Shown: positions 19,130-28,870 of the stretch, piece by piece
Layout of the letters: the number at the start of each line of letters is the position of its first letter
Position numbering within the stretch: the stretch's first letter is position 1
Source: a virus
Reading direction: 5' to 3' (one strand)
Length of the DNA stretch: 64,000 nucleotides
IMG/VR virus record: IMGVR_UViG_3300017963_000242
Span: 15,804 to 79,803 of that record
Notes under the pieces: model-generated
What the model saw: only the letters and a program-made list of their open reading frames with translations
What the model was told of the DNA's origin: nothing
Database searches by the model: none
Made by a program: the position numbers and the translations under genes

Positions 19130-19785
19130 GAGTAGCCGTATCGTTCTGCTATTCGCTCTATGCTTGCTCTGATGTCCAGGTCCATGACCTTTTTCGGATT
19201 GAACTGGTACTGCGGTTTCTTTTCTCTGTCCGGCCTATGCCGGTTGATTCCGCGTTTCTGGTATACCGGCTCGCTCGCTTTGATGCTCAGTCTCAGTCCG
19301 CGCTCTTGCAACAGCGCAAGCAGGTCCAGAGGGTCAGCATCGTCTACCTTCCACGTGATGTGATTGCTTGCCGCTAGTTTTAGCTCTATCATCTGATTCC
19401 AGAATACATAGCGGTATGCGAGCCCATCCCATCGCTTGCCGTATTCCAGCAGCCTCGGACACCACGCCGCCGCGAATAGCCAGTACCGCCCTGCCCCTGT
19501 CGGAACCCTGCTCATAGTCGAGATGACCTTTGCCGGATGGCGAATCAGGTGAACGATAACCGCATCTCGCAACTCTGGTCTGTCCAGATAGGGCGCTGCA
19601 AGCCAGCTTGACTCAGCCGGGCGGCACTTGTCATCGTTTAGGTTCTCTAGCGCCTTGGTGTAGCCAAATGGACCGAACACCTTTTCGTGCCCGCACTGCA
19701 AGCCAGCCTGTGAGACATATTGCGCATAGGCTCCCGTTGCACACGCACCTGTACCTGTGAATAGTAGTTTAAGCTTTTGTGTCAT
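19123..19785 (-). CDS. Sulfotransferase-like protein (paralog of 18440-19129)
   Basis: FTGTGACATG, GHEKVF, ESSWLAAPYL, LIRHP. Confidence 0.6.
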   Translation of the reverse strand: MTQKLKLLFTGTGACATGAYAQYVSQAGLQCGHEKVFGPFGYTKALENLNDDKCRPAESSWLAAPYLDRPELRDAVIVHLIRHPAKVISTMSRVPTGAGRYWLFAAAWCPRLLEYGKRWDGLAYRYVFWNQMIELKLAASNHITWKVDDADPLDLLALLQERGLRLSIKASEPVYQKRGINRHRPDREKKPQYQFNPKKVMDLDIRASIERIAERYGYSW

Positions 19786-20531
19786 CTGCCTGCCAACTCC
19801 ACGCGAATGTAAGACCTCGACGGTACACCTGCCAGCAAGTCGAAAATCGAACCGATGTCCAGAGCCACCGCGCCGTCTCGCTTGGCTGCATTGCAGTAGC
19901 ACTTTCCATTTGGCCCAGCACCGACTAACACCACGTCACCCGGTCCTACGTCCAGTTCTCGCAATATTCGGCTATGCGCGTTTGGATAGTGCTGCTCGCT
20001 TGGCTGGCCCATCTGCGCCTCTTGAGGTACTCTGATCCAGCGCACCTCTTCTATGAGCAAGTCGTTCTTGAATATGTCTCGCACGTCCCGGCACGTGATG
20101 AGCGTTACCGATGACAATGCGCGTAGCAGGCTATACAGCAAGCCTTCCGAGTAGAGCCACCTGTGAACGCCACAATGGCAAGTATCGCCCCGCGCCAGCC
20201 CTTCCACCATCGCTAGATGATGCATCAGCTTGTAGAATTTGTTCCGGCTTTGCTGCTCGGTGCTTGGCAGTCCCAGCACATCAGCCCCCTGGCAAGCCGT
20301 GATTAGCTCGGCGCGTAACCGGCTGATACCATCCCTGTCCGGCTTCATTGTTCCGTACCAGTATTTGAGCGACTGGTTCAGGTCTGGAAACGAGATATAC
20401 GATGGATAGCCTATCAGCCGCGCCTCTCCATCGCCCAATCGAATGAGCGAAAATGGTTGACGTTCCTCTATTGCCTGTGCAATCTTGGCGTATACGCCTT
20501 GTGTATCGAGATGCGTCATCGCTGTATCCAT
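19782..20531 (-). CDS. GT-D-fold-like glycosyltransferase (paralog 2)
   Basis: FSLIRLGDGEARL, GAGPNGK, ALDIGS. Confidence 0.7.
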   Translation of the reverse strand: MDTAMTHLDTQGVYAKIAQAIEERQPFSLIRLGDGEARLIGYPSYISFPDLNQSLKYWYGTMKPDRDGISRLRAELITACQGADVLGLPSTEQQSRNKFYKLMHHLAMVEGLARGDTCHCGVHRWLYSEGLLYSLLRALSSVTLITCRDVRDIFKNDLLIEEVRWIRVPQEAQMGQPSEQHYPNAHSRILRELDVGPGDVVLVGAGPNGKCYCNAAKRDGAVALDIGSIFDLLAGVPSRSYIRVELAGR

Positions 20532-20564
20532 TTGGGATAATTTGGGATAATGTACGGCTGTACG
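20530..20564 (+). repeat. Dispersed 34-35 bp repeat, copy 1
   Basis: ATTTGGGATAATTTGGGATAATGTACGGCTGTACG. Confidence 0.9.
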
Positions 20565-20568
20565 CGCA

Positions 20569-20817
20569 TCACTCGCGCACCTCTACCGAGCACGTCCCGG
20601 TTGCGATTGCCAGTAGCTCGACAACCTCAAACGCACTGACCAACGACCGATCTCCACCGAACGCGGCCCACGCCTTGCCGTCATCTGTCCACAGCGACAA
20701 CTCGCCGTTTTTAGTGCTCTCTGGCTTGCCTGTGTAGACACGAATTGGCACGCAGTCCGGCAACTGTGCGATGTGTCCGCAAAGTCGCTTGACCAACTGA
20801 CCGTATTGCTTTGTCAC
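20569..20817 (-). CDS. Hypothetical protein
   Basis: 82 aa, translationally coupled to the upstream gene. Confidence 0.5.
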   Translation of the reverse strand: MTKQYGQLVKRLCGHIAQLPDCVPIRVYTGKPESTKNGELSLWTDDGKAWAAFGGDRSLVSAFEVVELLAIATGTCSVEVRE

Positions 20818-21617
20818 GGTTTCAGCGTCCTTTCCACTTCGCTCCAGAACATCTCTACCCCGCGCCCAATGTCATCGGGTCTTTTCTCTATCCATTCCAG
20901 CGCGCCTATCCATCCGTCTACCATCAGTTCGCAGCCTGCCGCCCACGCCTCCACAACCGTTCTGCCAAACGGCTCCTTGTGTGTCGGATAGAAGATAAAC
21001 TGCTTGGCTGCCCCATAGATGCTTGGCAAAACGTTGTATGGCACTGGTCCGTGGTATCTGGCAAGCCCGCCTAACTCTGCAAAATTGATGTAGCGAATGC
21101 TTATGTCGCCATAGATGTCAACCGGCTCTTGCTCGCGCCACGCCCAGTCCAGTACCGTGTGCAGCCCCTTGCCCGGATCGGCACGTCCAACCCAGATCGT
21201 GCCCTGGCGCTCCTCGTCCGGCAGTGCTGCGTCTCGGAACATATCCAAATTGACCGGCGGCGGCACGACTGCGTATTCGTTGTCGTACCAGTGCTCATAG
21301 TTGTCTGCCTGTAGCTGAGACGAGAACAAGAGCAGTTTTGCATGGTCCAGCAGCCAGCGCCGCAAGACGATGCTACCCGACCACCACGAGTCACGGTTTT
21401 GCTTGATGACCGGAACCTTTTCCAGAACCTCTATCCACTGCGATGGATAGGCCGTGCAGTGCTGGATGATGAAAGCCTCGATGTCCTCCGGCGGGCGCTT
21501 GTTGGGTGGACACAATACGATGTCTGCCCACTCTGGCGCGCCCGCGCGTAGCGTTCGCTCTGATAGTTCTGCTCCGCCTACTATGCCCAAATCGTCGTGA
21601 AGCCAGCCGATTTTCAT
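20814..21617 (-). CDS. GT4 (GT-B) glycosyltransferase
   Basis: GGAE, VGRADPGKG, EPFGRTVVEAWAAGC. Confidence 0.85.
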   Translation of the reverse strand: MKIGWLHDDLGIVGGAELSERTLRAGAPEWADIVLCPPNKRPPEDIEAFIIQHCTAYPSQWIEVLEKVPVIKQNRDSWWSGSIVLRRWLLDHAKLLLFSSQLQADNYEHWYDNEYAVVPPPVNLDMFRDAALPDEERQGTIWVGRADPGKGLHTVLDWAWREQEPVDIYGDISIRYINFAELGGLARYHGPVPYNVLPSIYGAAKQFIFYPTHKEPFGRTVVEAWAAGCELMVDGWIGALEWIEKRPDDIGRGVEMFWSEVERTLKP

Positions 21618-21630
21618 TCTGTGAGCCTTT

Positions 21631-22161
21631 CTAGTATTGCCCCGGCTTGGTCCAGCCTAACTGAATTTCTATCCAGTCTCTCGTAATACCATCTAGTTGT
21701 ATCTGGTCGCGGTTTTTCACATACCATCCTACTGTATCTTGGTTTCCGTATGCACGTCCAGCGCCGCGCCAGTCTGCCAGCATTTCCTTGCGATACCGAT
21801 CTGGCATCGGAAGCGGAACAATTTTATCACTACCCCTCGCGCTGTCCATCGTCAGTAACTATCGCTGCCAATGATGTTTGTTTCTGTGCTGGTGATTTAG
21901 CCAAGCACGGTTAAATGCCTCTACAACGTATTTCGGTTTGTACTCGTCATCTCTCGGATATGGACCGTAAAAATAATATGCGTATGGTCCGAACTCACTC
22001 GGCAGAAACTTGCTCAAATCGTGAACGATCCCCCGCCACGGAATTCCTAGCTTGCAGCATTCCAAGAATACAAACCACTTGTGCCGCAAAACTGCCCAAA
22101 GGTATTTAGCATACATATTGACATACATATTGACATTCCCTTCTTTCCATCGAATCACCAC
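21631..22161 (-). pseudogene. HD-like (DUF5662-like) protein interrupted by an in-frame TAG
   Basis: HK..V, HDLSKF, HQHRNKHHWQR*LL...EMLADW; both halves are in the same frame with TAG at 21859-21861. Confidence 0.65.
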
Positions 22162-23318
22162 ATTTCACTAGAAACGCGGTCAAGTAGCGGCAGCCATTTC
22201 CTCTCAAACAAGTCCGGCCAGTGATATTTTCTCCGTACCTTGTGGACTGCTTGCACCGTCGCTCTTTCGTCCGGTAGAGCATTATAGGCTGTAGCCAGTG
22301 CTTCCGAGATGAGCGGTACGGATGCCAGCGACCAGTAGTAGTCGAGTTGTGGAACATAGAACGATTGCAGCGGCTTGATACACTGGCCTAGCAAGGTGTT
22401 CTCTGTCATCGCTGTACAGTCCTGCGTGATGACCGGCGTCCCGCACGCTTGCGCTTCTATCAGTGGCAGTCCAAAGCCCTCTCCCATCGACGGAGCCAAG
22501 AGCACGTCAAACGCTCGATACAGGTTAGCCATCTGGTCCTCTTGGACACCGATAGCAATGTCTGCCTCAGCCGTGATTTGTACCACGCCTCTTGACAGTC
22601 CTAACCGCTCTTGCAACCGATAGATATTCACGCCTTCGTGCGTCCCGTATGGCACTGTAGTCGTGTGGAGATGTAGAATCGTATTGCGCGGAAACCGCCT
22701 ATGAAAGTTCGCAAACCCGGCTAGTAGTTCAGGCCAGCTTTTGCGACACGGCCAGCCTTTGTTTGCTGCCACGACGCCGACAATGAACGCATCCGGTGGA
22801 AAGCCTAGCTGCTTACGCGCCTCTTCTCTGTCGCCCGGATGATACACGTCACAGTCAATGCCTAGCTGAATGCACTCGGACGGTATGCCGACCTTGCCTA
22901 GCTCGGCTTGTCCGAACTGCGACATCGCAACTACCCAGTCGGCCTTTTTAGTCGATGCCTGTACCCGCTCTGGGACCGGCACGCCGTCAATTGGAACCCA
23001 TGCCAGCCACGGCACGCCTATGTCGTCGCGTGTCGATTCAGGCAGTGGGAACATGTCGTAAAGCGATAGGATCAAGTCTGCCTTAAAGTGCTTTGCGTAC
23101 TCTCCTATTAGCTTCATATTGAATGGGTTGCCGCGCATTGGATAGATGTCGATGCCTTGCCAGTTTATCGCTTGGCCTGATAGACCGGAGTTGGCGAACA
23201 CGGCGACTTCATAGCCCGCCTCTTTGAGCAGCGGTATAAGCGCACGTATTTGAGTGCCGTACCCCGTCTGTTCGTGTACAGAGTTGGAGAATATACCTAT
23301 TCGTTTCAGCTTACCCAT
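22155..23318 (-). CDS. GT4 glycosyltransferase
   Basis: TGYGTQ, RKSWPELL, GEGFGLPLIEAQACGTPVI. Confidence 0.9.
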   Translation of the reverse strand: MGKLKRIGIFSNSVHEQTGYGTQIRALIPLLKEAGYEVAVFANSGLSGQAINWQGIDIYPMRGNPFNMKLIGEYAKHFKADLILSLYDMFPLPESTRDDIGVPWLAWVPIDGVPVPERVQASTKKADWVVAMSQFGQAELGKVGIPSECIQLGIDCDVYHPGDREEARKQLGFPPDAFIVGVVAANKGWPCRKSWPELLAGFANFHRRFPRNTILHLHTTTVPYGTHEGVNIYRLQERLGLSRGVVQITAEADIAIGVQEDQMANLYRAFDVLLAPSMGEGFGLPLIEAQACGTPVITQDCTAMTENTLLGQCIKPLQSFYVPQLDYYWSLASVPLISEALATAYNALPDERATVQAVHKVRRKYHWPDLFERKWLPLLDRVSSEMW

Positions 23319-23393
23319 CGGTAGCCCTTTCTATACAATTGTTAAAGAACCCGGTTCTCTGTCGGCTCACTGGCCGCCCTTTCTGGTCTTTTA

Positions 23394-23636
23394 TTAGACC
23401 TTCGTCAGACTCCCTGATGTCGTATATGTCCACTGAGTTGGAAGCGGATCGCCTGTAGAATTAGGCCATAACTCCCAAGGCTCTGGGCCTCTGTTTTTCT
23501 GACAGTCACAGTAATGAATATCTGGCGACCATATTCGCTTGCACAATGGACACTGCCAGCCTTGTCGTTGCGTTGGTTCTCCGAAGGTGCTCACAAGAGC
23601 TACTTTATCCGTGCTATCTTCTACCACAGTTTCCAT
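23394..23636 (-). CDS. Small Zn-ribbon hypothetical protein
   Basis: GWQCPLCKRIWSP...CDC. Confidence 0.55.
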   Translation of the reverse strand: METVVEDSTDKVALVSTFGEPTQRQGWQCPLCKRIWSPDIHYCDCQKNRGPEPWELWPNSTGDPLPTQWTYTTSGSLTKV

Positions 23637-23826
23637 TCGCATTCTCTTTCTATGCCCGCAAGTCCGGCTGTATGCCGATACGCACGCTCGCCCTCCCAAC
23701 AAACCATTTTCCCGAAGCGACGCCTGCACTTTGATAGACGGCGCTTCCACCACCGCCCGACGCCCTCCCGTTCCCATTTCTGGCTGAACGAAACATACCA
23801 CGCAGTTGAATGGTCTGTCCTGCTCA

Positions 23827-24228
23827 TTATGTATCCGTAGCCCTCTCGATTTGCACGTCTACTATCACCCGATGCTGGTTCAGTGGCACAGAGTAGCTAT
23901 CTGTTCTATTCTGCACAAAGCATATTCCAAGTGGACACCCAGTTCCTTTATATCCGTCCCAAGCATCCACTAGTTGGTCTGCCAGCGCATTGGCCGCGTC
24001 CGACGTGGCTGCATAGCAGTCAAACTGAATGCGGTACTTTGCTCTACCCGGCGCACTGGTCCTGTCCCTAGCATAGTCGTTCGATGCTGAGATGACCCGA
24101 TAGCGTAGACACGGGACTGTGTAGTTCTCAGGCAAACGCACCGGATAACAGCGCTTGGCTATCAGCGCCGACAGGCCCGCGTGACCACCTGTTACGCAGC
24201 GGTCAAAGATGTCGCTCCGTAGCGTCAT
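23827..24228 (-). CDS. Tail terminator/completion protein (DUF3168-like)
   Basis: RCYP..LPE...P...Y..IS, RIQFDCYA. Confidence 0.8.
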   Translation of the reverse strand: MTLRSDIFDRCVTGGHAGLSALIAKRCYPVRLPENYTVPCLRYRVISASNDYARDRTSAPGRAKYRIQFDCYAATSDAANALADQLVDAWDGYKGTGCPLGICFVQNRTDSYSVPLNQHRVIVDVQIERATDT

Positions 24229-24563
24229 TCTGCCTGGTCATCCTCTGGCGGTTCGTATCCAAACTTGTCACACAGCGATAGATATTCCATACGCAGCGCC
24301 TTTCTTTTGTCCAGTTCTCCAAGCCCTGCCAGAACGATGGACGACGCTTTGGGTCCGAACTCCACATCCTTCTCTTGTACGGCGTCTTGCTTCCACCGCA
24401 CCGCGTTTTCTTCCGTGTAGAACTCTAGCGCCGCGTGCTCTTCTTCTGTGAAAGACAACTCGCGTTCTAGGTCGCGCACGATTCGCAGGGTAGTGACATC
24501 GCCCTGCTGCGGCATAACCCGCAGCAGGACCATTCTTTCAAGGACCGATAGTTTCAGATTCAT
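24225..24563 (-). CDS. Hypothetical protein
   Basis: 112 aa, coupled to neighbouring genes. Confidence 0.6.
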   Translation of the reverse strand: MNLKLSVLERMVLLRVMPQQGDVTTLRIVRDLERELSFTEEEHAALEFYTEENAVRWKQDAVQEKDVEFGPKASSIVLAGLGELDKRKALRMEYLSLCDKFGYEPPEDDQAE

Positions 24564-24592
24564 TCGCTGTCGTCTTTCTGGCCTTGTCAGAC

Positions 24593-25720
24593 CTACCGAT
24601 TATGCCCCACATGGATGTAGTCCACGTCCACCGTCTTGGACGCCGTGCCATCGCCGCACGCGATGATCGTCGGATACAGGTTCGTGTTCGGCGTAACTCC
24701 GCCACCCGATAGCGTGGCTTTCAGTACATCATCCACATAGAACGTACACGTCCCACCGCCGACACTGACCTCGATACGAAGTTTCTGATACGTGTCTGCC
24801 GTTGGCCCCGATGCCATCGGATCATTGGTCGTGTCCTCGACCGTGCTATCCACGGCACACGCGTGCCAACTACCCGCTGCGGTAGCTGCTGCATCGTACA
24901 GAAACACCACCGCGTCATTCGCAGCAGCAGCATATGCCGTACCGGTGCAAGTGTATGGTTCCTCCAGGGTAGTCACGTCCGTCAGGCCAAAGTTAACCCT
25001 CGCGTTTGCGATAGCGGTATTGATGTGAAGTCTTGCCTCTACAAACAGCCCGCCGCTATCCGCCTGAACTGGGACTGCGCCAGCAAATTGACTCCCATCC
25101 CGTGCTGTCGTTCCATCATCGTCGCCTGTGACCAACTGGAGAACCCCATTTTCTTGCGCGCTGATAGCTGGATCTGCTGCCGTACCAGATGCGCCAGAGT
25201 TCAGCACCCACGGCGTGTAGGTCGCTGCGATGGTCTGGTAGTTAAAGTCGTCAAAGATTTCCCAAAAGTAGGACCGGTCGATTCCTGCTTGAGGTTCTAG
25301 CGGCTTGCCGACCTCGACACGCTCTACTCCATCCGATGTATTGAATGCGATATACTGATTTGATCCTTGCATGACGCGGAATGCGCCGCTATCGTTGTCC
25401 GCTACTGACAAGTCGACGCCGGTCGTTCCGTCGTGCAGGATATTCGCGTCCTGGTCCGCGCCAAAATAAACGCCTTTGCTATCCGACAGATAGACACTAC
25501 CCCATTCTGCGCTCGTGCTGCCCAAGTCGGACCCGCCGCCCGTTGCGGGCAGAATGTCCTTCGTATTCGCAATCGTCAAGTCGTCGGACAACGTTACCGT
25601 GCCGTCGAATGTGACTGCGCTTTGCGGATTGTGTAGCGTATCAACCAGATCGTCGTTCTGGTCGGTTGGGTTCCGCTCCCAAAAGTTGTTTTTCAGTGCC
25701 GCACTTGTTCGTGCAGTCAT
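24593..25720 (-). CDS. Putative virion fibre/decoration protein with lectin-like C-terminal domain
   Basis: DILP....DLGS....W repeat; FDDF...VDVDYI jelly-roll pattern; located in the neck region. Confidence 0.55.
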   Translation of the reverse strand: MTARTSAALKNNFWERNPTDQNDDLVDTLHNPQSAVTFDGTVTLSDDLTIANTKDILPATGGGSDLGSTSAEWGSVYLSDSKGVYFGADQDANILHDGTTGVDLSVADNDSGAFRVMQGSNQYIAFNTSDGVERVEVGKPLEPQAGIDRSYFWEIFDDFNYQTIAATYTPWVLNSGASGTAADPAISAQENGVLQLVTGDDDGTTARDGSQFAGAVPVQADSGGLFVEARLHINTAIANARVNFGLTDVTTLEEPYTCTGTAYAAAANDAVVFLYDAAATAAGSWHACAVDSTVEDTTNDPMASGPTADTYQKLRIEVSVGGGTCTFYVDDVLKATLSGGGVTPNTNLYPTIIACGDGTASKTVDVDYIHVGHNR

Positions 25721-25730
25721 GTCCCTACTC

Positions 25731-26255
25731 CTATAATTTCAACCTCGAACCGCCGCCTCTTATGCTCACGGCCTTTGGTTGTCTCTTTACCATCTCGTGA
25801 CGCAGTTTTTTGCCCATCGCGTGAGCTGCTTCGCTTTTATGTGAATCTATCGCAGGTCGCAAGTACGGACGTGCTGGGATTGTGTACGTCGTGGATAGTG
25901 CCAGCGCCCGCCACATGCCCTCATTCGTTTCGTACCACTTTGCCCAGAAGAATTTTCGCTGCAGCTCCGTGATAACCTGATTCTCTAGCCCGTACTCGTG
26001 AGCGGCAGAGTATACGATGTCAAACTCGACATTCGCTGCATACTGGTTGACCATCACGATCTTGCCGCTGTCCTCCAACGCGCCCGTCTGATTCTCAAAG
26101 TTCGCGCGTACATTGGCCTGGGCGGCTTCTAGAATGACCTCAGCACCAGCTTTGACCGCTGTCACTGTGAGCTTTCCAGGCGCTTGGCTAGCCATGTACC
26201 TGAAATAGCCGGTCAATTCTTTGACGCCGGTTACTCGCTCTTTAGCGTGCGCCAT
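25731..26255 (-). CDS. HK97 gp10-like neck protein
   Basis: TGALEDS, YSAAHEYG, IPARPYLRPA. Confidence 0.8.
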   Translation of the reverse strand: MAHAKERVTGVKELTGYFRYMASQAPGKLTVTAVKAGAEVILEAAQANVRANFENQTGALEDSGKIVMVNQYAANVEFDIVYSAAHEYGLENQVITELQRKFFWAKWYETNEGMWRALALSTTYTIPARPYLRPAIDSHKSEAAHAMGKKLRHEMVKRQPKAVSIRGGGSRLKL

Positions 26256-26617
26256 TATTCGACTCGCTCCAGTTTGATGCTCATATGGTGCGCCTTGGTC
26301 GAATTGCGTCCTAGCAAACTCTCGATGATGAACGGTCCAGAGTCTACTAGTATCCCAGTTGCCGCGAATCGAACGTTTGTAATCCGGTCCTCCTCAACCA
26401 CATCTTCGCCTGTATCACACAGCAGCAGGTGGTCCTCGACCATCGGATAGCCCTGGCCCTCATCCGCGATACGCTCTGACTGCTGAATGTACCGGCAGTC
26501 TATCGTGCCCGCTGTGGACCACGAGTCTATCAGTTCGCCACTTGCGCTCTGGGTCTGCGTCGTCCTGCGTATGGTCGCCGTGTGTATCAGGTGCTTCTTG
26601 AAGTGCGGGCCTGCCAT
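26255..26617 (-). CDS. Head closure / head-tail adaptor
   Basis: Size, synteny and beta-rich pattern. Confidence 0.7.
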   Translation of the reverse strand: MAGPHFKKHLIHTATIRRTTQTQSASGELIDSWSTAGTIDCRYIQQSERIADEGQGYPMVEDHLLLCDTGEDVVEEDRITNVRFAATGILVDSGPFIIESLLGRNSTKAHHMSIKLERVE

Positions 26618-26620
26618 AGT

Positions 26621-27073
26621 CTAGCTCTGATCACTTCTATCTGGCGGCACAAAAGTCGTGCCAGCGAAATCGTAGAATCCGATTTCTCGCAACCCAGCTT
26701 TCTTGAGTCCCAACTTGGCGAGCTTGCCTGAGCAGTCAATCATTTTTGCGTTCTGTCCGTATAGGCTTGCGTCTAGCCCTAGCCCATCCGAGCCGCGATA
26801 AGTGATTGACCACTCGCCGCCTACGCTCTCGCTTTTAGCGGACCCTTCCCGTAGCGTGATAAAGTGCGCGGCAAGGAGTTTCATGATATCGCATTCCATG
26901 TTGCTCCCGCCACACGAACCAAGATCACCCGAGATGAGCCGAGTCACGTTGTACGCCATATTGATGAACGCATTGATCTGTGCGTCCGTCAAGTCTGTGC
27001 TGATGATCTCACGCACCTCGTCCGCATCCATCGTCGGACATACAACTGTGACCCCGGCCAGTAGAGTTGCCAC
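26621..27073 (-). CDS. Head-tail connector protein
   Basis: LAAHF...SESVG..SITY...L..S.YGQ. Confidence 0.75.
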   Translation of the reverse strand: MATLLAGVTVVCPTMDADEVREIISTDLTDAQINAFINMAYNVTRLISGDLGSCGGSNMECDIMKLLAAHFITLREGSAKSESVGGEWSITYRGSDGLGLDASLYGQNAKMIDCSGKLAKLGLKKAGLREIGFYDFAGTTFVPPDRSDQS

Positions 27074-27076
27074 AGG

Positions 27077-27301
27077 CTAGCCTCCGGTTGCCAGGCGCAG
27101 CCGCCCGATGTCCACAAGCGGCTGCGCAGCTTCCGGCATCAGCATGATTTCTGTGCCCGCTGGCACATAGACTTGCTCGCCCTTCGGCTCGTCTCTGTCG
27201 GTCGCCGCCTTGGTTTGATTCCAGAGCCACATTCCCTTTTCAGGATTGTTTGCTCCCGGCGCTGCCGTCACGACGTATTTTTTCATTCCCGCTGCTGGCA
27301 T
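27077..27301 (-). CDS. Hypothetical virion-associated protein
   Basis: 74 aa directly after the capsid gene, with RBS. Confidence 0.55.
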   Translation of the reverse strand: MPAAGMKKYVVTAAPGANNPEKGMWLWNQTKAATDRDEPKGEQVYVPAGTEIMLMPEAAQPLVDIGRLRLATGG

Positions 27302-27359
27302 ACTATGCCCTTTCTACCGTGCTAGAATTCCAGCACAGTGATATATGCTATGTATCGTA

Positions 27360-28397
27360 CTACGCACCCGTAAAATATACCACGCCTGAATTCCCGTTAT
27401 AGTCACTTTTAATGCGTGGCGCGCCGATGGACATCACCTTGAAGTTCTGTGCCATTCCGTCCGGGCTGGTCCACTCGACTACCTGGTTGAGCTGGTAGAC
27501 GCAGAAGTCCAGTACGTTCGGCGTCATCTGAACACCCACCAGCGTACCGGCGGTCATCCAGTCTGACGGATAAACGGCAGCGATTCCAGCCATCTTGAGA
27601 ACGCGGGTTAGGCCGCTGTCGCCAGTGCCGTCCGCGAAGAAGTTGAGCGCCATTTCGTTGTACTGCGTCCGCGCTACCCAGAACTCGTAAGGGCCAAAGT
27701 AATTATCGCCCGCCAGCGCGATAATCATATTTCGGAAAGTCGGCGTGATATTCGCCAGCGTCCCAAAGTCGCCCGTGGCCGCGCCAGTATTGATATTCGG
27801 TTCGTTTGTGATACCGTACAATACATTCTGGTTCAGCGCGATATTCGTATTCCCGGCAAAGCCGATGCGCTCCATTTCCTCGGTCACGACGCGGCTCGCC
27901 TCGAATGCGTTAGTGGTGTCGATGCCGGAGCCATAGGCCCGGCTGGCCTCCAATTCGCGCATCCCGATTTGAAACTCTTTGTGGATGACCGGGATAGGCA
28001 CGCCGGTCAGGTTATAGTCCTGCCGGTCGAAGTCCGGCGCAGCGCGCCCCGAAAGGCTGACCGTTGCCCGCGTCATCTCGGACCCCTGGTTGTACTGGCT
28101 GACCAGCACGCCCATCGAGTTGAGATTCTTGCGCAACTGCGGGTCGCCATTCAGGCGCGAGATAAGGTTCATTTGCCCGGTTGCCGCAACCTGTACTGCG
28201 TCGTCCAGCGATTCCCACTCGTCTTTGCGGAGTAGGGAGTTGGTGACTAGCCCGCGCCCGTTGGTGATCTGCACGAAACCTTGCTCGTTCGTTACCAACT
28301 CTTGCGTGCCGTCAGGGTTCTGCCGCGCCATTGGCACGTATCCACCGATCTGCTGCAATTGGCTGATCGGGTTGATTGTTGCTTTTTCAATAGTCAT
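27360..28397 (-). CDS. Major capsid protein (HK97 fold, encapsulin/linocin-like)
   Basis: LRKDEW..LD, PIPVIHKEF.I..REL.ASR, YGITNEPN; follows protease and decoration genes. Confidence 0.85.
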   Translation of the reverse strand: MTIEKATINPISQLQQIGGYVPMARQNPDGTQELVTNEQGFVQITNGRGLVTNSLLRKDEWESLDDAVQVAATGQMNLISRLNGDPQLRKNLNSMGVLVSQYNQGSEMTRATVSLSGRAAPDFDRQDYNLTGVPIPVIHKEFQIGMRELEASRAYGSGIDTTNAFEASRVVTEEMERIGFAGNTNIALNQNVLYGITNEPNINTGAATGDFGTLANITPTFRNMIIALAGDNYFGPYEFWVARTQYNEMALNFFADGTGDSGLTRVLKMAGIAAVYPSDWMTAGTLVGVQMTPNVLDFCVYQLNQVVEWTSPDGMAQNFKVMSIGAPRIKSDYNGNSGVVYFTGA

Positions 28398-28405
28398 TGT
28401 ATCTC

Positions 28406-28867
28406 CTACACAATCCGCACGCGGAGTCTGGTGTCCGTTGCACACACCAAATCCTCGTGAGGCACACCGACGATGATCAGGTCCGCAGACCCGCTCGTGC
28501 TAACGCGCAGCGTTCCATCGCCGTTAGAAACCAAGCGCGAACGACCACGAACCGCCGTGCCAGTCGCCAGGTACATGTACAGCAAGTCGCCCGGTAGCGC
28601 ATAGATGTAGCGCACGGTGTCCGCCGTCAGATACGGCGAGTCGATGGCCGCTGCGGCATTGTCGTCGTCGAACGGGTTTTCGATAGCAACCATTCGCTGA
28701 TGAAAGCCAGTCCCGGTTGCATGCGCGACCAGATGCTCGTTTGCATCGTACTCAATGAGATAGCCGGGGATAATCGTCCCCGACCCGTAATCCTCTTGCA
28801 CGCGGCCCTCAATATTGAACGGCACGGCGGTGCTGAGAACAATGGTATGATCCGTTGTGCTCGACAT
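28406..28867 (-). CDS. Capsid decoration/cement protein
   Basis: Lies between protease and capsid genes; IIPG.LI, LVSNGDGTLR. Confidence 0.7.
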   Translation of the reverse strand: MSSTTDHTIVLSTAVPFNIEGRVQEDYGSGTIIPGYLIEYDANEHLVAHATGTGFHQRMVAIENPFDDDNAAAAIDSPYLTADTVRYIYALPGDLLYMYLATGTAVRGRSRLVSNGDGTLRVSTSGSADLIIVGVPHEDLVCATDTRLRVRIV

Positions 28868-28870
28868 ATC

